From Vulcanimicrobiota bacterium (GTDB lineage: Bacteria > Vulcanimicrobiota > Xenobia > Xenobiales > JADMJV01), in assembly GCA_050250895.1 (NCBI GenBank), contig JBFWNU010000007.1, forward strand, positions 32,001-96,000: 64,000 bases of DNA. The letters run 5' to 3'. Shown here piece by piece: positions 21,482 through 32,121 of this stretch. Position 1 is the first letter of the stretch. Every line of letters begins with the position of its first letter. A program made the position numbers and the translations under genes. The notes beneath the pieces were generated by a model, which saw only the letters and a list, made by a program, of their open reading frames with translations, was not told the origin of the DNA and did not search any database.

Positions 21482-22809
21482 AGCGTCTACTGCTGGTCCT
21501 GCTGATCGGCTTGCTAGGGGTGGGGGCAGTCGCCCAGGAAGTCTCTTCTTCCTCGTCAGCAGCCAGCGTCAAGGCCGCCCGGGCCACCCCGGTGGGGCGC
21601 ACGGTGTTGCCCAACGGCCTGGTTTTGTTGGTCAACGAGGCTCCTGCCGAGGACATGGTGGCCGTCGAATTGCTGGTCAAGGTGGGCCTGGTGGACGAGC
21701 AGACGCCCACGGCCGGCATCACCAACGTCATTCAGGCCCTCATCGAGAAGCGGGTCAAAGAAGACAAGCGACTGGCCGCGAGCGGCAGCCTCTTCGAGGT
21801 GTCGACCGAGCCCGACTATGCGCGGATCAGCCTGCTAACCACCTCAGAGAACTTTCCCCAGTTGCTCGATACCCTGGGCAAAGCCATCGCTCAGCGAACC
21901 TTCGACCCGGCCAAAGTCGAAGAGGTCACCCGCGACGCGGTCAACAACCTCGAGAACCCCGGCAATGCCTACACCCAGCTCTATGGGATTTTTCGCAACG
22001 CCTTCTATCGCTACCATCCCTACCGCAAGTCCGACCGAGGGCGCAAGTTGTCGCTCGAGCGTCTCAAGCCCGGGACTCTGGCCGAGTTCTTCGACCGTTA
22101 CTACGTGCCCAATCGTATGGTCTTGTCCATTTCTGGGCGCGTCGACCGTCTGGCCGTGGTCGAGTCGGTGAAGGCCAGTTTTGGCGCCCTGGCCCCGGGC
22201 GACAGCCATGTGATCGAAGTTCCCTGGGAGGCCAAGCCGGTCGAAAAGCAGGTCAACCTCTCGACCTCGGCCGACATCGCCTGGCTCTTTATCGGGTTCC
22301 CCGGGCCCAGCGTGGCCTCGCGCGACTACATTCCCATGACTTTGGTGCACGCCATCCTGGGCGATGGTCTGTCATCGCGGCTCTTCAACGAGATCCGTGA
22401 GAAGCGCGGGTTGGCTTACGAAGTCGGGGCAACCTATCCGATCTTGCGTGGTCCCTCGCACTTTCTGACTTACGTGATCACTCGCCCCAATGACGCTGGC
22501 AAAGTGCGTCGCACGCTGCTGGCTGAGGTCGACCGCATGAAGACCGAGCGAATCACCATTACCGAGTTGGAGGCGGCCAAACGCAAGGCTACCGGTCGCT
22601 ATCTGCTGGCTCACGAAACCAACCGGGACAGGGCTCTCAAGCTGGCCGAGGCCGAGACCATCGGGCTGGGTTTTCAGTTCGATCAGAACTATCTCGAACA
22701 ACTCGAGCGGGTGACGCCAGAGGATATCCAGCGGGTCTCGACGACTTATCTGGTCGACCCTACCCTGATTGTGGCTCGACCAGGAGGGCGATTCTACCTG
22801 GACTTCTAA
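21478..22809 (+). CDS. M16 peptidase, non-catalytic partner
   Basis: SSRLFNEIREKRGLAY present; HxxEH absent; signal peptide. Confidence 0.88.
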   Translation: MKRLLLVLLIGLLGVGAVAQEVSSSSSAASVKAARATPVGRTVLPNGLVLLVNEAPAEDMVAVELLVKVGLVDEQTPTAGITNVIQALIEKRVKEDKRLAASGSLFEVSTEPDYARISLLTTSENFPQLLDTLGKAIAQRTFDPAKVEEVTRDAVNNLENPGNAYTQLYGIFRNAFYRYHPYRKSDRGRKLSLERLKPGTLAEFFDRYYVPNRMVLSISGRVDRLAVVESVKASFGALAPGDSHVIEVPWEAKPVEKQVNLSTSADIAWLFIGFPGPSVASRDYIPMTLVHAILGDGLSSRLFNEIREKRGLAYEVGATYPILRGPSHFLTYVITRPNDAGKVRRTLLAEVDRMKTERITITELEAAKRKATGRYLLAHETNRDRALKLAEAETIGLGFQFDQNYLEQLERVTPEDIQRVSTTYLVDPTLIVARPGGRFYLDF

Positions 22810-22812
22810 GTT

Positions 22813-23484
22813 GTGAGTATGTTGCGCATCGCTATCGACGGCTCGGCGGCCAGTGGTAAAACCACCGTGGCACGCTTGCTGGCCGGCATGTTGAATCTGA
22901 CCTATCTCGATACCGGAGCCATGTATCGGGCCGTCGCCTGGCGGGCTCGCCAGGACAATATCTCTTTGGATGACGAGGCGGCCCTGGCCAAACTGGCTGA
23001 AGCGCTGCCGCTCGAGATGCGCAGCGACGGCCAGGGCGGCTGCTTGGTCAAACTCGCCGGCCACGATGTGACCGAGAAGCTCTATACCCCGCAAGTGGGT
23101 CGCGACGTGCCTCAGGTGGCCTCGGTTCCCGGCGTCCGGCGGGCCATGGTGGCTCTGCAGCGGCGCCTGGCCACCAGTCAGGGCGTGGTCATGGTGGGGC
23201 GTGATATCGGCTCGGTCGTCTTGCCCGAAGCCGAACTCAAAGTCTTCTTGACTGCCGACCTCCAAGAGCGGGCCCGCCGTCGCTGGCAAGAAATGGCTGG
23301 GCAAGAGACCCTCGAGACCGTCACCTCGGACCTGGCCAGTCGCGACCAGCAAGATGAAGAGCGAGCCGACTCACCGCTGGTCTGCACCGACGACGCGGTG
23401 GCCATCGACTCGACCGGCCTGACCCCGGAGGAAATCGCCCAGCGGATCGTGGCTTTGGCGGAGGCGCGGGCTGGCCGACTTTGA
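22813..23484 (+). CDS. cmk: Cytidylate kinase
   Basis: IAIDGSAASGKT, DTGAMYR, GRDIG. Confidence 0.95.
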   Translation: MSMLRIAIDGSAASGKTTVARLLAGMLNLTYLDTGAMYRAVAWRARQDNISLDDEAALAKLAEALPLEMRSDGQGGCLVKLAGHDVTEKLYTPQVGRDVPQVASVPGVRRAMVALQRRLATSQGVVMVGRDIGSVVLPEAELKVFLTADLQERARRRWQEMAGQETLETVTSDLASRDQQDEERADSPLVCTDDAVAIDSTGLTPEEIAQRIVALAEARAGRL

Positions 23485-24088
23485 AACGACGCCCTTCACT
23501 TATCATATCGGGCGTGTTCTCTTTCGAAGCTTCCTGCTCCACCGCCCCCGGGTGGTGGGGCTTGAAAACCTGCCCGCCGACGGGCCGGGCCTGGTGGTCA
23601 GCAATCACGTTTCGTGGCTCGACCCGGTGGTCCTGGGGGCCCTGATTACCACCCGGCCCATTCATTTCATGGCCAAGCGAGAACTGTTTCGCGGTAAGCT
23701 GCTCGAGCATTTCGTCCGCACCCTGTGCGCCTTTCCCGTGGACCGCTCCCGTAGCGATCTGGGCGCCATCCGCAAGGCTGTGGCCCTGCTCAAGGCCGGT
23801 CGCCTGGTGGGTATGTTTCCCGAGGGCCACCGCAATTTCAGCGGCGTGCTGGGACCCTTCCATGACGGAGTAGCCATGCTGGCTTCGATGAGCCGGGCGC
23901 CGGTGATTCCGGTAGCCGTGGTCAACTCAAGAGCCTACTGCGAAGAGTGGACTCCTTTGGGGGTGCCGCCGGGGCCAGAGATCCGTCTGGGGCCGGCCCT
24001 GCATTGGAGTGGGGGAGGACGCCGCGAGTTTACGGCCCAGGTTCGCCAACAGGTAAGTCTGCTGCTCGAGAGAAGCACCCGCCAATGA
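23471..24088 (+). CDS. plsC: 1-acyl-sn-glycerol-3-phosphate acyltransferase (start uncertain: CTG 23471 or GTG 23552)
   Basis: NHVSWLD, FPEG motifs; lies after cmk. Confidence 0.85.
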   Translation: MADFETTPFTYHIGRVLFRSFLLHRPRVVGLENLPADGPGLVVSNHVSWLDPVVLGALITTRPIHFMAKRELFRGKLLEHFVRTLCAFPVDRSRSDLGAIRKAVALLKAGRLVGMFPEGHRNFSGVLGPFHDGVAMLASMSRAPVIPVAVVNSRAYCEEWTPLGVPPGPEIRLGPALHWSGGGRREFTAQVRQQVSLLLERSTRQ

Positions 24089-25218
24089 ACCTTTCACTGG
24101 GGGGCCTGAGCCCCCAACAGTTTCTCGAGCAGTATTGGCAGAAGAAGCCGCTCTTGATCCGGCAGGCTTTTGCCGGCTTCTCGTCGCCGGTCGGGGCCGA
24201 TGAGCTGGCTGGGCTGGCCTGCGAAGCCGAGGTCCGCTCGCGCATGATTTTCGAACGGGGCGGAGAGCGGCCCTGGGAGCTGCGCCACGGCCCTTTCGAT
24301 GAAGACGACTTTAGCGATCTGGGCGACCAGTACTGGACTCTGCTCGTTCAAGAAGTCGACCGCCATGTACCGGCCGTGGCCGACCTGGCGGACGCCTTTG
24401 CCTGTCTGCCCGAATGGCGCAAGGCTGACGTGATGATCAGCTTCGCCTCGAACCACGGAGGAGTGGGGCCCCACATTGATAGTTACGATGTCTTTCTGTT
24501 GCAAGGGTCGGGCCGTCGGCGCTGGGAGATCGCTCCAGCCGGTTCGGCCAGCCAGTGGGTGGATGGCCTGGATATCCAGGTTCTAGCCGATTTTGAAGCC
24601 ACCGAGAGCTGGGAACTCGAGCCGGGCGATATGCTCTATCTGCCGCCGGGAGTGCCCCACAACGGGGTGGCCCTCGAGCCCTGTCTGACCTACTCCTTCG
24701 GTTTTCTGGCTCCCACCCGGGGTGCGATGCAGGCTGACCTGTCGGCCTTTCTCGAGAGTCTGGGTCGGGTCACCCGGTATAGCGATCCCGACCTTGTAGT
24801 AGCCGAACATCCCGCCCTGCTCGACCGCGCTGCCCTGGCCCGTCTGCGCAACCTGGTCGGTCAGGCAGAGGTGTCGGACCGCGAGTTTGTTACCTGGGCG
24901 GGATGTTTTCTCACCCGCCCGGGCCGCCCTAACCTGGGCGAACCCGAAGAGTTTTCTGGCGAGGATTTTGACGAGCTCTTCGCCGGACCAGGACTGATGC
25001 GTCGCAGCGAGGCTGTGCGCTGGGCCTTTCATCCCCTCGGGGACACGGCCTTGCTGTTTGTCGACGGCGGCTGCTACGAGGGGCCGGTGGAGAGCGTGCG
25101 ACGCCTGACCGGTCAACGGACCTTCAGCCTGGTCGATCGCCAGTCGCTGCAAACCGTGGCCGGCCTATTGGCCGAGCTCTATGCGCGCGAATATCTCTAT
25201 TTTCTGGAGGGCGCGTGA
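24085..25218 (+). CDS. JmjC/cupin ribosomal oxygenase, RoxA/YcfD-like
   Basis: YWQKKPLLIR, GGVGPHIDSYDVFLLQG, LEPGDMLYLPPG.PH. Confidence 0.85.
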   Translation: MNLSLGGLSPQQFLEQYWQKKPLLIRQAFAGFSSPVGADELAGLACEAEVRSRMIFERGGERPWELRHGPFDEDDFSDLGDQYWTLLVQEVDRHVPAVADLADAFACLPEWRKADVMISFASNHGGVGPHIDSYDVFLLQGSGRRRWEIAPAGSASQWVDGLDIQVLADFEATESWELEPGDMLYLPPGVPHNGVALEPCLTYSFGFLAPTRGAMQADLSAFLESLGRVTRYSDPDLVVAEHPALLDRAALARLRNLVGQAEVSDREFVTWAGCFLTRPGRPNLGEPEEFSGEDFDELFAGPGLMRRSEAVRWAFHPLGDTALLFVDGGCYEGPVESVRRLTGQRTFSLVDRQSLQTVAGLLAELYAREYLYFLEGA

Positions 25219-26543
25219 GAAGAGAACTACCCGTGGTGACCATCGTGGGTCGACCCAACGTGGGCAAGTCGGCCCTGTTCAACCGACTGATCGGTCGCCG
25301 CAAGTCCATCGTGGCCGATCAACCGGGAGTTACCCGCGACCGCATCTATTCCGAGTGCGAGTGGAACGGAACGACGTTCCTGCTGGCCGACACCGGGGGG
25401 ATCGACCCCCAGGACCCCGACATTCTCCGTCGTCAGGTTTTCGAACAAGCCAATCGCGCCATGGAGGAGTCGGCCCTGTTGCTGTTGGTGGTAGACGGCC
25501 AACTGGGCATTCACGCTCTCGACGAAGAGGTGGCCAGCCTGCTGCGCAGTAGCGCCAAGCCGGTCATTCTGGTGGTCAACAAGACCGAGAGCCCCAAGGA
25601 CGAAGCCGACCACTACCAGTTCTACGCTCTGGGCCTGGGGGATCCCGTGGCCATCTCGGCCATTCACGGCACCAACACCGGCGATCTGCTCGACGCCGTG
25701 GTGGCGCATGTCCAGAGCGACGCCCCGCCGCCGGACCACGACGACATCAGCATCGCCCTGGTCGGGCGCCCCAATGTGGGCAAGTCGTCGTTACTCAATC
25801 GCATCCTGGGCGAGGAGCGCAGCCTGGTGCACGACGAAGCCGGAACCACCCGCGACACCGTGGACACCTTCCTCGACTTCGAGGGCAATTCCATCTGTCT
25901 GCTCGACACCGCCGGACTGCGTCGCAAGGGCAAGGTCACCGACGAGGTGGAGTATTACAGCTCGGTGCGGGCCATGGACACCATCAAGCGGGCCCACGTC
26001 GGCATTCTGGTGCTTGACGCACAAGAGAGCGTGGTGGCCCAGGACAAGCGGATTGCCGGGCAGCTTCAAGAGGCTGGTCTGGCTAGTCTGGTGCTGATCA
26101 ATAAGTGGGACCTGGTGGCCGATAAAGGCACCGGTCAGCAACTCGAGCGCTGGAAGCAAGACTTTGCCGAGATGCTCAGCCGCGAGCTCGACTTCATCTC
26201 GTATGCTCCCATGCTGTATGTTTCGGCCAAGACGGGGCACGGCTGCGAACAGATCCTGCCGGCCGCCCTCGAAGTCCACCAGGAGTGGTCGCGCCGCGTC
26301 CCCACGCCGGTCCTCAACCAGGTGGTACATGAGGCGGTGGCCCTGCGTCCGCCGCCCAGCTATAAGGGCGACTCTCTCAAAGTCTTCTATGTCTCGCAGC
26401 GTCGCTCGGGACCTCCCACCTTTTTGTTGAAGGTCAATTCACCAAAGTTGGTGCATTTCTCATATCAGCGCTATCTCGAGAATCAGATTCGTCAGGCTTT
26501 CGGGTTTGTGGGCGCGCCAATCGTTTTGAAGTTTGTGAGGTAA
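25215..26543 (+). CDS. der: Ribosome biogenesis GTPase Der
   Basis: Two GRPNVGKS G-domains plus KH-like C-terminus. Confidence 0.97.
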   Translation: MRRELPVVTIVGRPNVGKSALFNRLIGRRKSIVADQPGVTRDRIYSECEWNGTTFLLADTGGIDPQDPDILRRQVFEQANRAMEESALLLLVVDGQLGIHALDEEVASLLRSSAKPVILVVNKTESPKDEADHYQFYALGLGDPVAISAIHGTNTGDLLDAVVAHVQSDAPPPDHDDISIALVGRPNVGKSSLLNRILGEERSLVHDEAGTTRDTVDTFLDFEGNSICLLDTAGLRRKGKVTDEVEYYSSVRAMDTIKRAHVGILVLDAQESVVAQDKRIAGQLQEAGLASLVLINKWDLVADKGTGQQLERWKQDFAEMLSRELDFISYAPMLYVSAKTGHGCEQILPAALEVHQEWSRRVPTPVLNQVVHEAVALRPPPSYKGDSLKVFYVSQRRSGPPTFLLKVNSPKLVHFSYQRYLENQIRQAFGFVGAPIVLKFVR

Positions 26544-26545
26544 TT

Positions 26546-27154
26546 GTGTTTCCACTCTGGACCATCGCACTACTGGTCGTCTGCTATCTACTGGGTTCGA
26601 TCCCCTCGGGCATCCTGGTGGCTCGCCGAAGCGGCGTCGAATTGAGCCAACACGGTAGCGGCAACACCGGGGCAGCCAACGCATATCGGGCCCTGGGGGC
26701 CAAGGGAGGCCTGCTCGTGTTGGCTATGGACCTCTTTAAGGGCTCGCTAGCGGTCTTGCTGGCTCACCTGGCTATCATGCCCGCTTTCTTGATGCCCGCC
26801 GTCAAAGCGGTCTTCGGATTGGTGGCCATTCTGGGACACAACTACTCGGTGTTTCGGCGCTTCAAAGGTGGCAAAGGCATCGCCACTACCTTTGGGGTGG
26901 TCCTGATCATGGCGCCCCGAGTGGCTGTGCTGGCCTTCTTGCTGTGGCTCGCCATGGTGGCCCTGACCCGTTACAGTTCGGTCGGCTCGCTCACCGCCAT
27001 GGCCTCTCTTCCTATCTTGATGGCCCTGGAAGGTCACTCGCTGTTTTATATTCTGTTTGGTTTCGCCGCCGCTGCCCTGGCTTTCTACAAGCACCGAGAG
27101 AACATCGAGCGGTTGCGGCAGGGGACCGAACTCAAGCTAACGCAGAAGAACTAG
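26546..27154 (+). CDS. plsY: Glycerol-3-phosphate acyltransferase PlsY
   Basis: YLLGSIP, GSGNTGA.N, FKGGKGIAT, HRENIERL. Confidence 0.95.
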   Translation: MFPLWTIALLVVCYLLGSIPSGILVARRSGVELSQHGSGNTGAANAYRALGAKGGLLVLAMDLFKGSLAVLLAHLAIMPAFLMPAVKAVFGLVAILGHNYSVFRRFKGGKGIATTFGVVLIMAPRVAVLAFLLWLAMVALTRYSSVGSLTAMASLPILMALEGHSLFYILFGFAAAALAFYKHRENIERLRQGTELKLTQKN

Positions 27155-27333
27155 GATCCCTTCCTATAGGCCTCGGGAGCCTCTGGATTTGAGGCGGGGG
27201 CAGGGAGGGAGTGCCCGCTGATTCGGATAATACCGAGGGGTATTTTTGCATCACCGGTGTGGTTCGGACGCGGCGGTAGGGCGCCAGACGGGGTTCGGCC
27301 GCGCACCACCTCAGGAGTCTTAAGGAGCAACGA

Positions 27334-28455
27334 ATGATCGAGATTGAAAGCTTACGAGGTCTACTCGACCAGGTCCTTACCGTATCGGTTCGCGAGAAGG
27401 CCTCCGACGTTTACATCAAGGCCGGCAAGACCCCGATGCTACGCATCGAGGGACACCTCATTCCCATCGAATGTGCCGCCCTCACCCCCGAGATGACCGA
27501 GCATCTGGCCTACACCATCATGCCCCAGCATCAGAAAGAGAAGTTTGAACAACAATGGGCCGACGCCAACTTCGTCTACAACATCGAAAGCATCGGCCGC
27601 TTCCGTGTCAACGCCTATCGGCAGAAGAGTTCGGTGGCGATGGTGATGCGACGCGTCGAAGACGAGATTCTCGATTTCTCGATGCTGGGTCTGCCCGAGG
27701 TGCTGGCTCAACTGGCCATGCAGAAGCGTGGCCTGGTGCTGGTGACCGGCCCCACCGGTTCCGGTAAGTCGACCTCGTTGGCCTCGATGATCAAGTATCG
27801 CAAAGACAACGCCACCGGTCACATCGTCACCATCGAAGACCCCATCGAGTATCTGCACGAAGATGAAGAGACGTGCATCGTCAGCCAGCGTGAGATCGGT
27901 CACGACGTCATGTCCTTCCGCGAAGGTCTCGAGAGCGCGGTGCGTCAGGCTCCCGACGTGTTGCTGGTCGGTGAGATGCGTGACGTGGCTTCGGTGCAAT
28001 CGGCGGTATACTTCGCCGAAACCGGTCACCTCGTGCTCTCGACCCTGCACGCCAACAACGCCTACCAGACCATCGAGCGCGTGTTGCAGTTCTTTCCTGA
28101 GGACATGCAGACGGCGGTGTTGGCTCAGCTTTCTTTGAACCTGCGGGGCATCGTGGCTCAGCGCCTCATCCCGGGTATCGACGGCAAGCGCGTGGTAGCA
28201 GTCGAGGTGCTGATCGGTAACGCTCGTATGGCCGAGCTGATTCGAGCCGGCAGCTTGACCCAGATGAAGCGCGAGCTCGACCAGTTTCACCCCGAGGGTA
28301 TGCAGAGCTTTGACCACTCTTTGCTCAAGCTTTATCGCGAGGGACGCATCACGGCCGAAGAAGCGATGCGCAACTCTGACAACGCCAACGACATGCGACT
28401 CAAGCTCAAGAGCATCCCCGTTACCATCACTGGCGACGAAGAGCGCTACGAATAG
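27334..28455 (+). CDS. PilT/PilU family type IV pilus ATPase
   Basis: GPTGSGKST, TIEDPIE, GEMRD, TGHLVLSTLH. Confidence 0.92.
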   Translation: MIEIESLRGLLDQVLTVSVREKASDVYIKAGKTPMLRIEGHLIPIECAALTPEMTEHLAYTIMPQHQKEKFEQQWADANFVYNIESIGRFRVNAYRQKSSVAMVMRRVEDEILDFSMLGLPEVLAQLAMQKRGLVLVTGPTGSGKSTSLASMIKYRKDNATGHIVTIEDPIEYLHEDEETCIVSQREIGHDVMSFREGLESAVRQAPDVLLVGEMRDVASVQSAVYFAETGHLVLSTLHANNAYQTIERVLQFFPEDMQTAVLAQLSLNLRGIVAQRLIPGIDGKRVVAVEVLIGNARMAELIRAGSLTQMKRELDQFHPEGMQSFDHSLLKLYREGRITAEEAMRNSDNANDMRLKLKSIPVTITGDEERYE

Positions 28456-28472
28456 CCGCGAAAGGAACCTCC

Positions 28473-29087
28473 ATGGACCAGGAGCCGAGGGCCAAGGAAC
28501 TCATTCACGAACGCGGCACCCCACTGCCCACGCGGGTTCGCGACGGACAGTTCGAAGAGGAGCACCTGGTCCTCGAAGGGCTGCGAGTGCCGTGGGGTGA
28601 TGTCTATTTCATGGCTCTGGGCATCATCGATCAGGTCGTCAAAGACAACGATGGTCCCAAAGGCGTCTTTCGCAAGATGATGGGCAAGGCCATGGGCAAG
28701 GACGACGATAGCAAGTCGTCTAACCGCGGCCGTCAAGTGTCCGAGATCTACATCCTCGACATCTTTATCGAGGGCTACGAGCAGGCCTTTCGTTTCGATT
28801 CGGGGGCCGTCAACTATCGTCAGTTTCTCGACGAAGTCGGCTATATCTCGATGCACAACTTCTTCAAGTTCTGTGTGCATCTGGCCCGCCGCACCAACCA
28901 GGCCCGCTTCGACCAGTCATTGGTCGGCTTTTTAGCTCGGCGCCGCGAGCAGGTGCGCCACTACGACGCCATCTACGATTTTGAACTCGAGCTGCAGTCT
29001 CTTGTCGACAAACTCGAAGAGCAGGCCGAGCAGCAGAACGTGGATCTCAGTCGGGACAGTTGGATGGACGAGTGGAGTGACTGGTAA
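28473..29087 (+). CDS. Hypothetical protein
   Basis: 204-aa ORF with AAGGA RBS filling the gap in the operon. Confidence 0.7.
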   Translation: MDQEPRAKELIHERGTPLPTRVRDGQFEEEHLVLEGLRVPWGDVYFMALGIIDQVVKDNDGPKGVFRKMMGKAMGKDDDSKSSNRGRQVSEIYILDIFIEGYEQAFRFDSGAVNYRQFLDEVGYISMHNFFKFCVHLARRTNQARFDQSLVGFLARRREQVRHYDAIYDFELELQSLVDKLEEQAEQQNVDLSRDSWMDEWSDW

Positions 29088-29385
29088 CCGCCTTTCGCCC
29101 CAAGAGGTCGACCATGTCGCTCATCTGGCCCGACTAGAGATCACTGCGGCCGAGCGAGAGAGCTTCTGCGACCAGCTCGGCGAAGTGCTCGGCTACGTCA
29201 ACAAGCTGCAAGAGTTGGCCACCGACGAAATTGCGGCCACCCTCGGAGTGCAGCCCCAGCCTAACGTTTTTCGCGAGGATGTGGCGCTCGAGCCGATGGC
29301 TCAGGACCAGGCGCTATCCAACGCTCCCCAGGCCCAGAACGGCGGCTTTCGCATCCCGCGCATCCTTAAAGGAGACGAATCGTGA
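29077..29385 (+). CDS. gatC: Asp/Glu-tRNA amidotransferase subunit C
   Basis: VDHVAHLARL...NVFRED...FRIPRIL; directly upstream of gatA. Confidence 0.92.
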   Translation: MTGNRLSPQEVDHVAHLARLEITAAERESFCDQLGEVLGYVNKLQELATDEIAATLGVQPQPNVFREDVALEPMAQDQALSNAPQAQNGGFRIPRILKGDES

Positions 29386-30836
29386 AGACTCTCGCCGCTC
29401 AGGCGACGGCCGTCGCCAGCGGCCAGACGTCAGCCCGTGACCTGCTCGAAAGCTATCTCGACGGGTTCGTCGAGAACGAAGAGCGTTTGCACTGCTTCCT
29501 TAGCTACGATCTCGAGGCGGCCCGGGCCCAGGCTGCCGCCATCGACCAGCGGGTGGCTCAAGGCGAGAAGGTCGGCCCCCTGGCCGGTATTCCGATTGCG
29601 CTCAAGGACAACATCTGCGTTGCCGGTCGAACCACCACCTGCGGCTCGAGAATGCTCGAACAGTTCGTGCCCCCCTATGATGCCACCGTCTGGGAGCGCC
29701 TGCGGGGGGCCGGCGCGGTGCTGGTGGGCAAGACGAATCTCGACGAATTCGCCATGGGCTCATCCACCGAGAACTCGGCTTTCGGCCCCACTCGCAACCC
29801 ATGGGACACGACCCGTGTCCCGGGCGGCTCGAGTGGGGGGTCGGCCGCCGCTGTGGCCGCAGGGCTGGTGCCGGTGTCGCTGGGATCAGACACCGGTGGC
29901 TCCATCCGCCAGCCTGCTTCTTTCTGCGGCGTGACCGGGTTCAAGCCGACCTACGGGCGCGTATCCCGCTTCGGCCTGGTAGCTTTCGCCTCGTCTCTGG
30001 ATCAGATCGGGCCCCTGGCTCGCTCGGCCGAAGACTGCCGCTATCTCTACGCGGTCATCGCCGGGCATGACCCGCGCGACTCCACCTCGGCTCCCCAGGC
30101 GGTCGAGGTCGCTTGCGATGGCGACCTCACGGGGCTTCGCATCGGTGTGCCCGAGGCCACTCTGGCAGGTCTGTCGGCGGCCAACCGCGAGGCCTTCGAG
30201 CAGGGCAGGGCCCAGTTTGCCAAGCTCGGGGTCACCCTCCATCCCATCGACCTGCCGCATCTCGACTACTCCCTGGCCGCCTACTACGTCATCGCGCCGG
30301 CCGAGGCATCCTCGAACCTGGCTCGCTACGACGGCGTTCGCTACGGCTTTCGAGCCTCTGGGGCCGAAGACGTGCTGGAGATGTTCAAGAAAAGTCGGGC
30401 CCAGGGCTTTGGGGCCGAAGTCAAGCGGCGCATCATGCTGGGCACCTACACTCTGTCTTCGGGCTACTACGACGCCTATTATCTCAAGGCCCAGAAGACT
30501 CGAACCGTGCTGCGGAGCGACTTCGAGCGGGCCTTCGAGAGCGTCGACCTGGTGCTGATGCCCACCACTCCCACGACTGCTTTTAGCCTCGGTGAAAAGT
30601 CCTCCGATCCCCTCGAGATGTATCTCTCGGACATCTATACCGTGGTGGCCAACCTGGTCGGTTTACCGTCTCTAGTGGTCCCCGGCCCCCTGGTTGACGG
30701 CTTACCTTACGGCCTGCAGCTGTTGGGGCCGGCCTGGAGCGAAGAACGCCTGCTCAACGCCGGCATCGCCTTCCAGGCTAACACCGACTACCACACGGCC
30801 CTCCCTTCATCCCTGGTCCTGGCCACCGACGAGTAA
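29382..30836 (+). CDS. gatA: Asp/Glu-tRNA amidotransferase subunit A
   Basis: Amidase signature [28 protein letters not shown]. Confidence 0.96.
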   Translation: MKTLAAQATAVASGQTSARDLLESYLDGFVENEERLHCFLSYDLEAARAQAAAIDQRVAQGEKVGPLAGIPIALKDNICVAGRTTTCGSRMLEQFVPPYDATVWERLRGAGAVLVGKTNLDEFAMGSSTENSAFGPTRNPWDTTRVPGGSSGGSAAAVAAGLVPVSLGSDTGGSIRQPASFCGVTGFKPTYGRVSRFGLVAFASSLDQIGPLARSAEDCRYLYAVIAGHDPRDSTSAPQAVEVACDGDLTGLRIGVPEATLAGLSAANREAFEQGRAQFAKLGVTLHPIDLPHLDYSLAAYYVIAPAEASSNLARYDGVRYGFRASGAEDVLEMFKKSRAQGFGAEVKRRIMLGTYTLSSGYYDAYYLKAQKTRTVLRSDFERAFESVDLVLMPTTPTTAFSLGEKSSDPLEMYLSDIYTVVANLVGLPSLVVPGPLVDGLPYGLQLLGPAWSEERLLNAGIAFQANTDYHTALPSSLVLATDE

Positions 30837-30860
30837 CACCCAGGCCAACATCGTTCCCTT

Positions 30861-31038
30861 CGCGGCTTCGCCGCGCCCGAGTTAACGACGCAAAGCGTCG
30901 ACCAAATCTAAAACCCGAGGTGAGCCAAAGCGAACCTCGCTCCCCTCTCCGCGCAGCGGCTCCCCTCTCCCCGGCGAAGCCAGGGGCTCCCATCTCGACG
31001 ACGCAGTCGTCGCTCCCTTCTCGCTGGCGAAGCCAGCG
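30861..31038. repeat. Array of about 7 short GC hairpins, the last five joined by CTCCCNTCT linkers
   Basis: Stems with TTC/AAA/GCA/GAA loops; linkers at 30940, 30960, 30987, 31013. Confidence 0.8.
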
Positions 31039-32121
31039 CTAGTCAGGAAAGGGAATCCCCTGGCTGGCCAGGTCCTCCTGGTTGTGAGCCCGGTCATGGA
31101 GTTCTTGGAGGGTGATGTGGCCGGCCTCGTAGTGCGAGACCAGCGACTGATCCATGGTGACCATGCCCTGCTCGCGGCCCGTCTGGATGGCGCTCAGAAT
31201 TTGATTGGATTTGCCCTCGCGGATGAGGTAGCCCAGGCTGGGGCTGCCGAGTAGCAGTTCGCCGGCGGCGATACGTCCGGGGCCTTCGGCACGCAGGCAG
31301 AGCTGCTGGGCCAACACGCCGCGCAGGGTATCGGCCAGAATCAGCTGGACCTGGGATTGCTCTTCGGGAGGAAAGACATCGACGATGCGGCTGATGGCCT
31401 TGGCCGCGTTGTGGGTGTGCAGGGTGCAGAACACCAGCATGCCCATCTCGGCCGCCTGCAGCGCCAGCCGGATCGTCTCGAGGTCGCGCAACTCGCCCAG
31501 CATCAATACATCGATGTCTTCGCGCAGGGCGTCGCGCAAGCCCTGGCGGAACGAGGGGGTGTGCAGGCCGACTTCGCGTTGCACGATCAGCGACGTGTCG
31601 GATTCGAGGATGAACTCGATCGGGTTCTCGATGGTCAGGATGTGGAGAGGATGCCGGTCGGCCAGGCTCTTGACCAGCGAGGCCAGAGTGGTACTCTTGC
31701 CCGAACCGGTGGGGCCGGTCACAATCACCAGTCCGTGTCCGAAGTCGACAAATTCGCCGAGCGCCGGGGGAAGGTGCAGATCGTCGAGCTCGGGCACGTG
31801 GGTGGGGATGCAGCGGCAGACGGCTCCCAGGCCGGTACGCTGGCGATAGATGTTGACGCGAAAACGGCCGATTTTCTCGAGACCATAAGAGACATCGAGG
31901 TCGCCTGTCTGCAAGAACGACTCGAGGCCTTTTTCGCCCGCTACGGTCCGGACCATATCCATCAAGAATTCGCGGTCGGGGGGATGATGGGTGGAGGGGA
32001 CCACCCGGCCGAAAACGCGAAAACTCGGGGTCAAGCCCTGCGATAGATAAAGGTCCGAGGCTTCGCGCTCGACCATTTCTTCTAGCAAACGACCCAGGTG
32101 GGGGCGGGGAGTGACGGTCAT
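31039..32121 (-). CDS. PilT family ATPase
   Basis: GPTGSGKST, TIENPIE, GELRD; ATGA overlap with the upstream paralog. Confidence 0.9.
   Translation of the reverse strand: MTVTPRPHLGRLLEEMVEREASDLYLSQGLTPSFRVFGRVVPSTHHPPDREFLMDMVRTVAGEKGLESFLQTGDLDVSYGLEKIGRFRVNIYRQRTGLGAVCRCIPTHVPELDDLHLPPALGEFVDFGHGLVIVTGPTGSGKSTTLASLVKSLADRHPLHILTIENPIEFILESDTSLIVQREVGLHTPSFRQGLRDALREDIDVLMLGELRDLETIRLALQAAEMGMLVFCTLHTHNAAKAISRIVDVFPPEEQSQVQLILADTLRGVLAQQLCLRAEGPGRIAAGELLLGSPSLGYLIREGKSNQILSAIQTGREQGMVTMDQSLVSHYEAGHITLQELHDRAHNQEDLASQGIPFPD

Noticed and set aside
27250-27315. Possible structured leader or riboswitch before pilT/U
   Set aside because: GC-rich pairing is possible, but I recognise no riboswitch consensus
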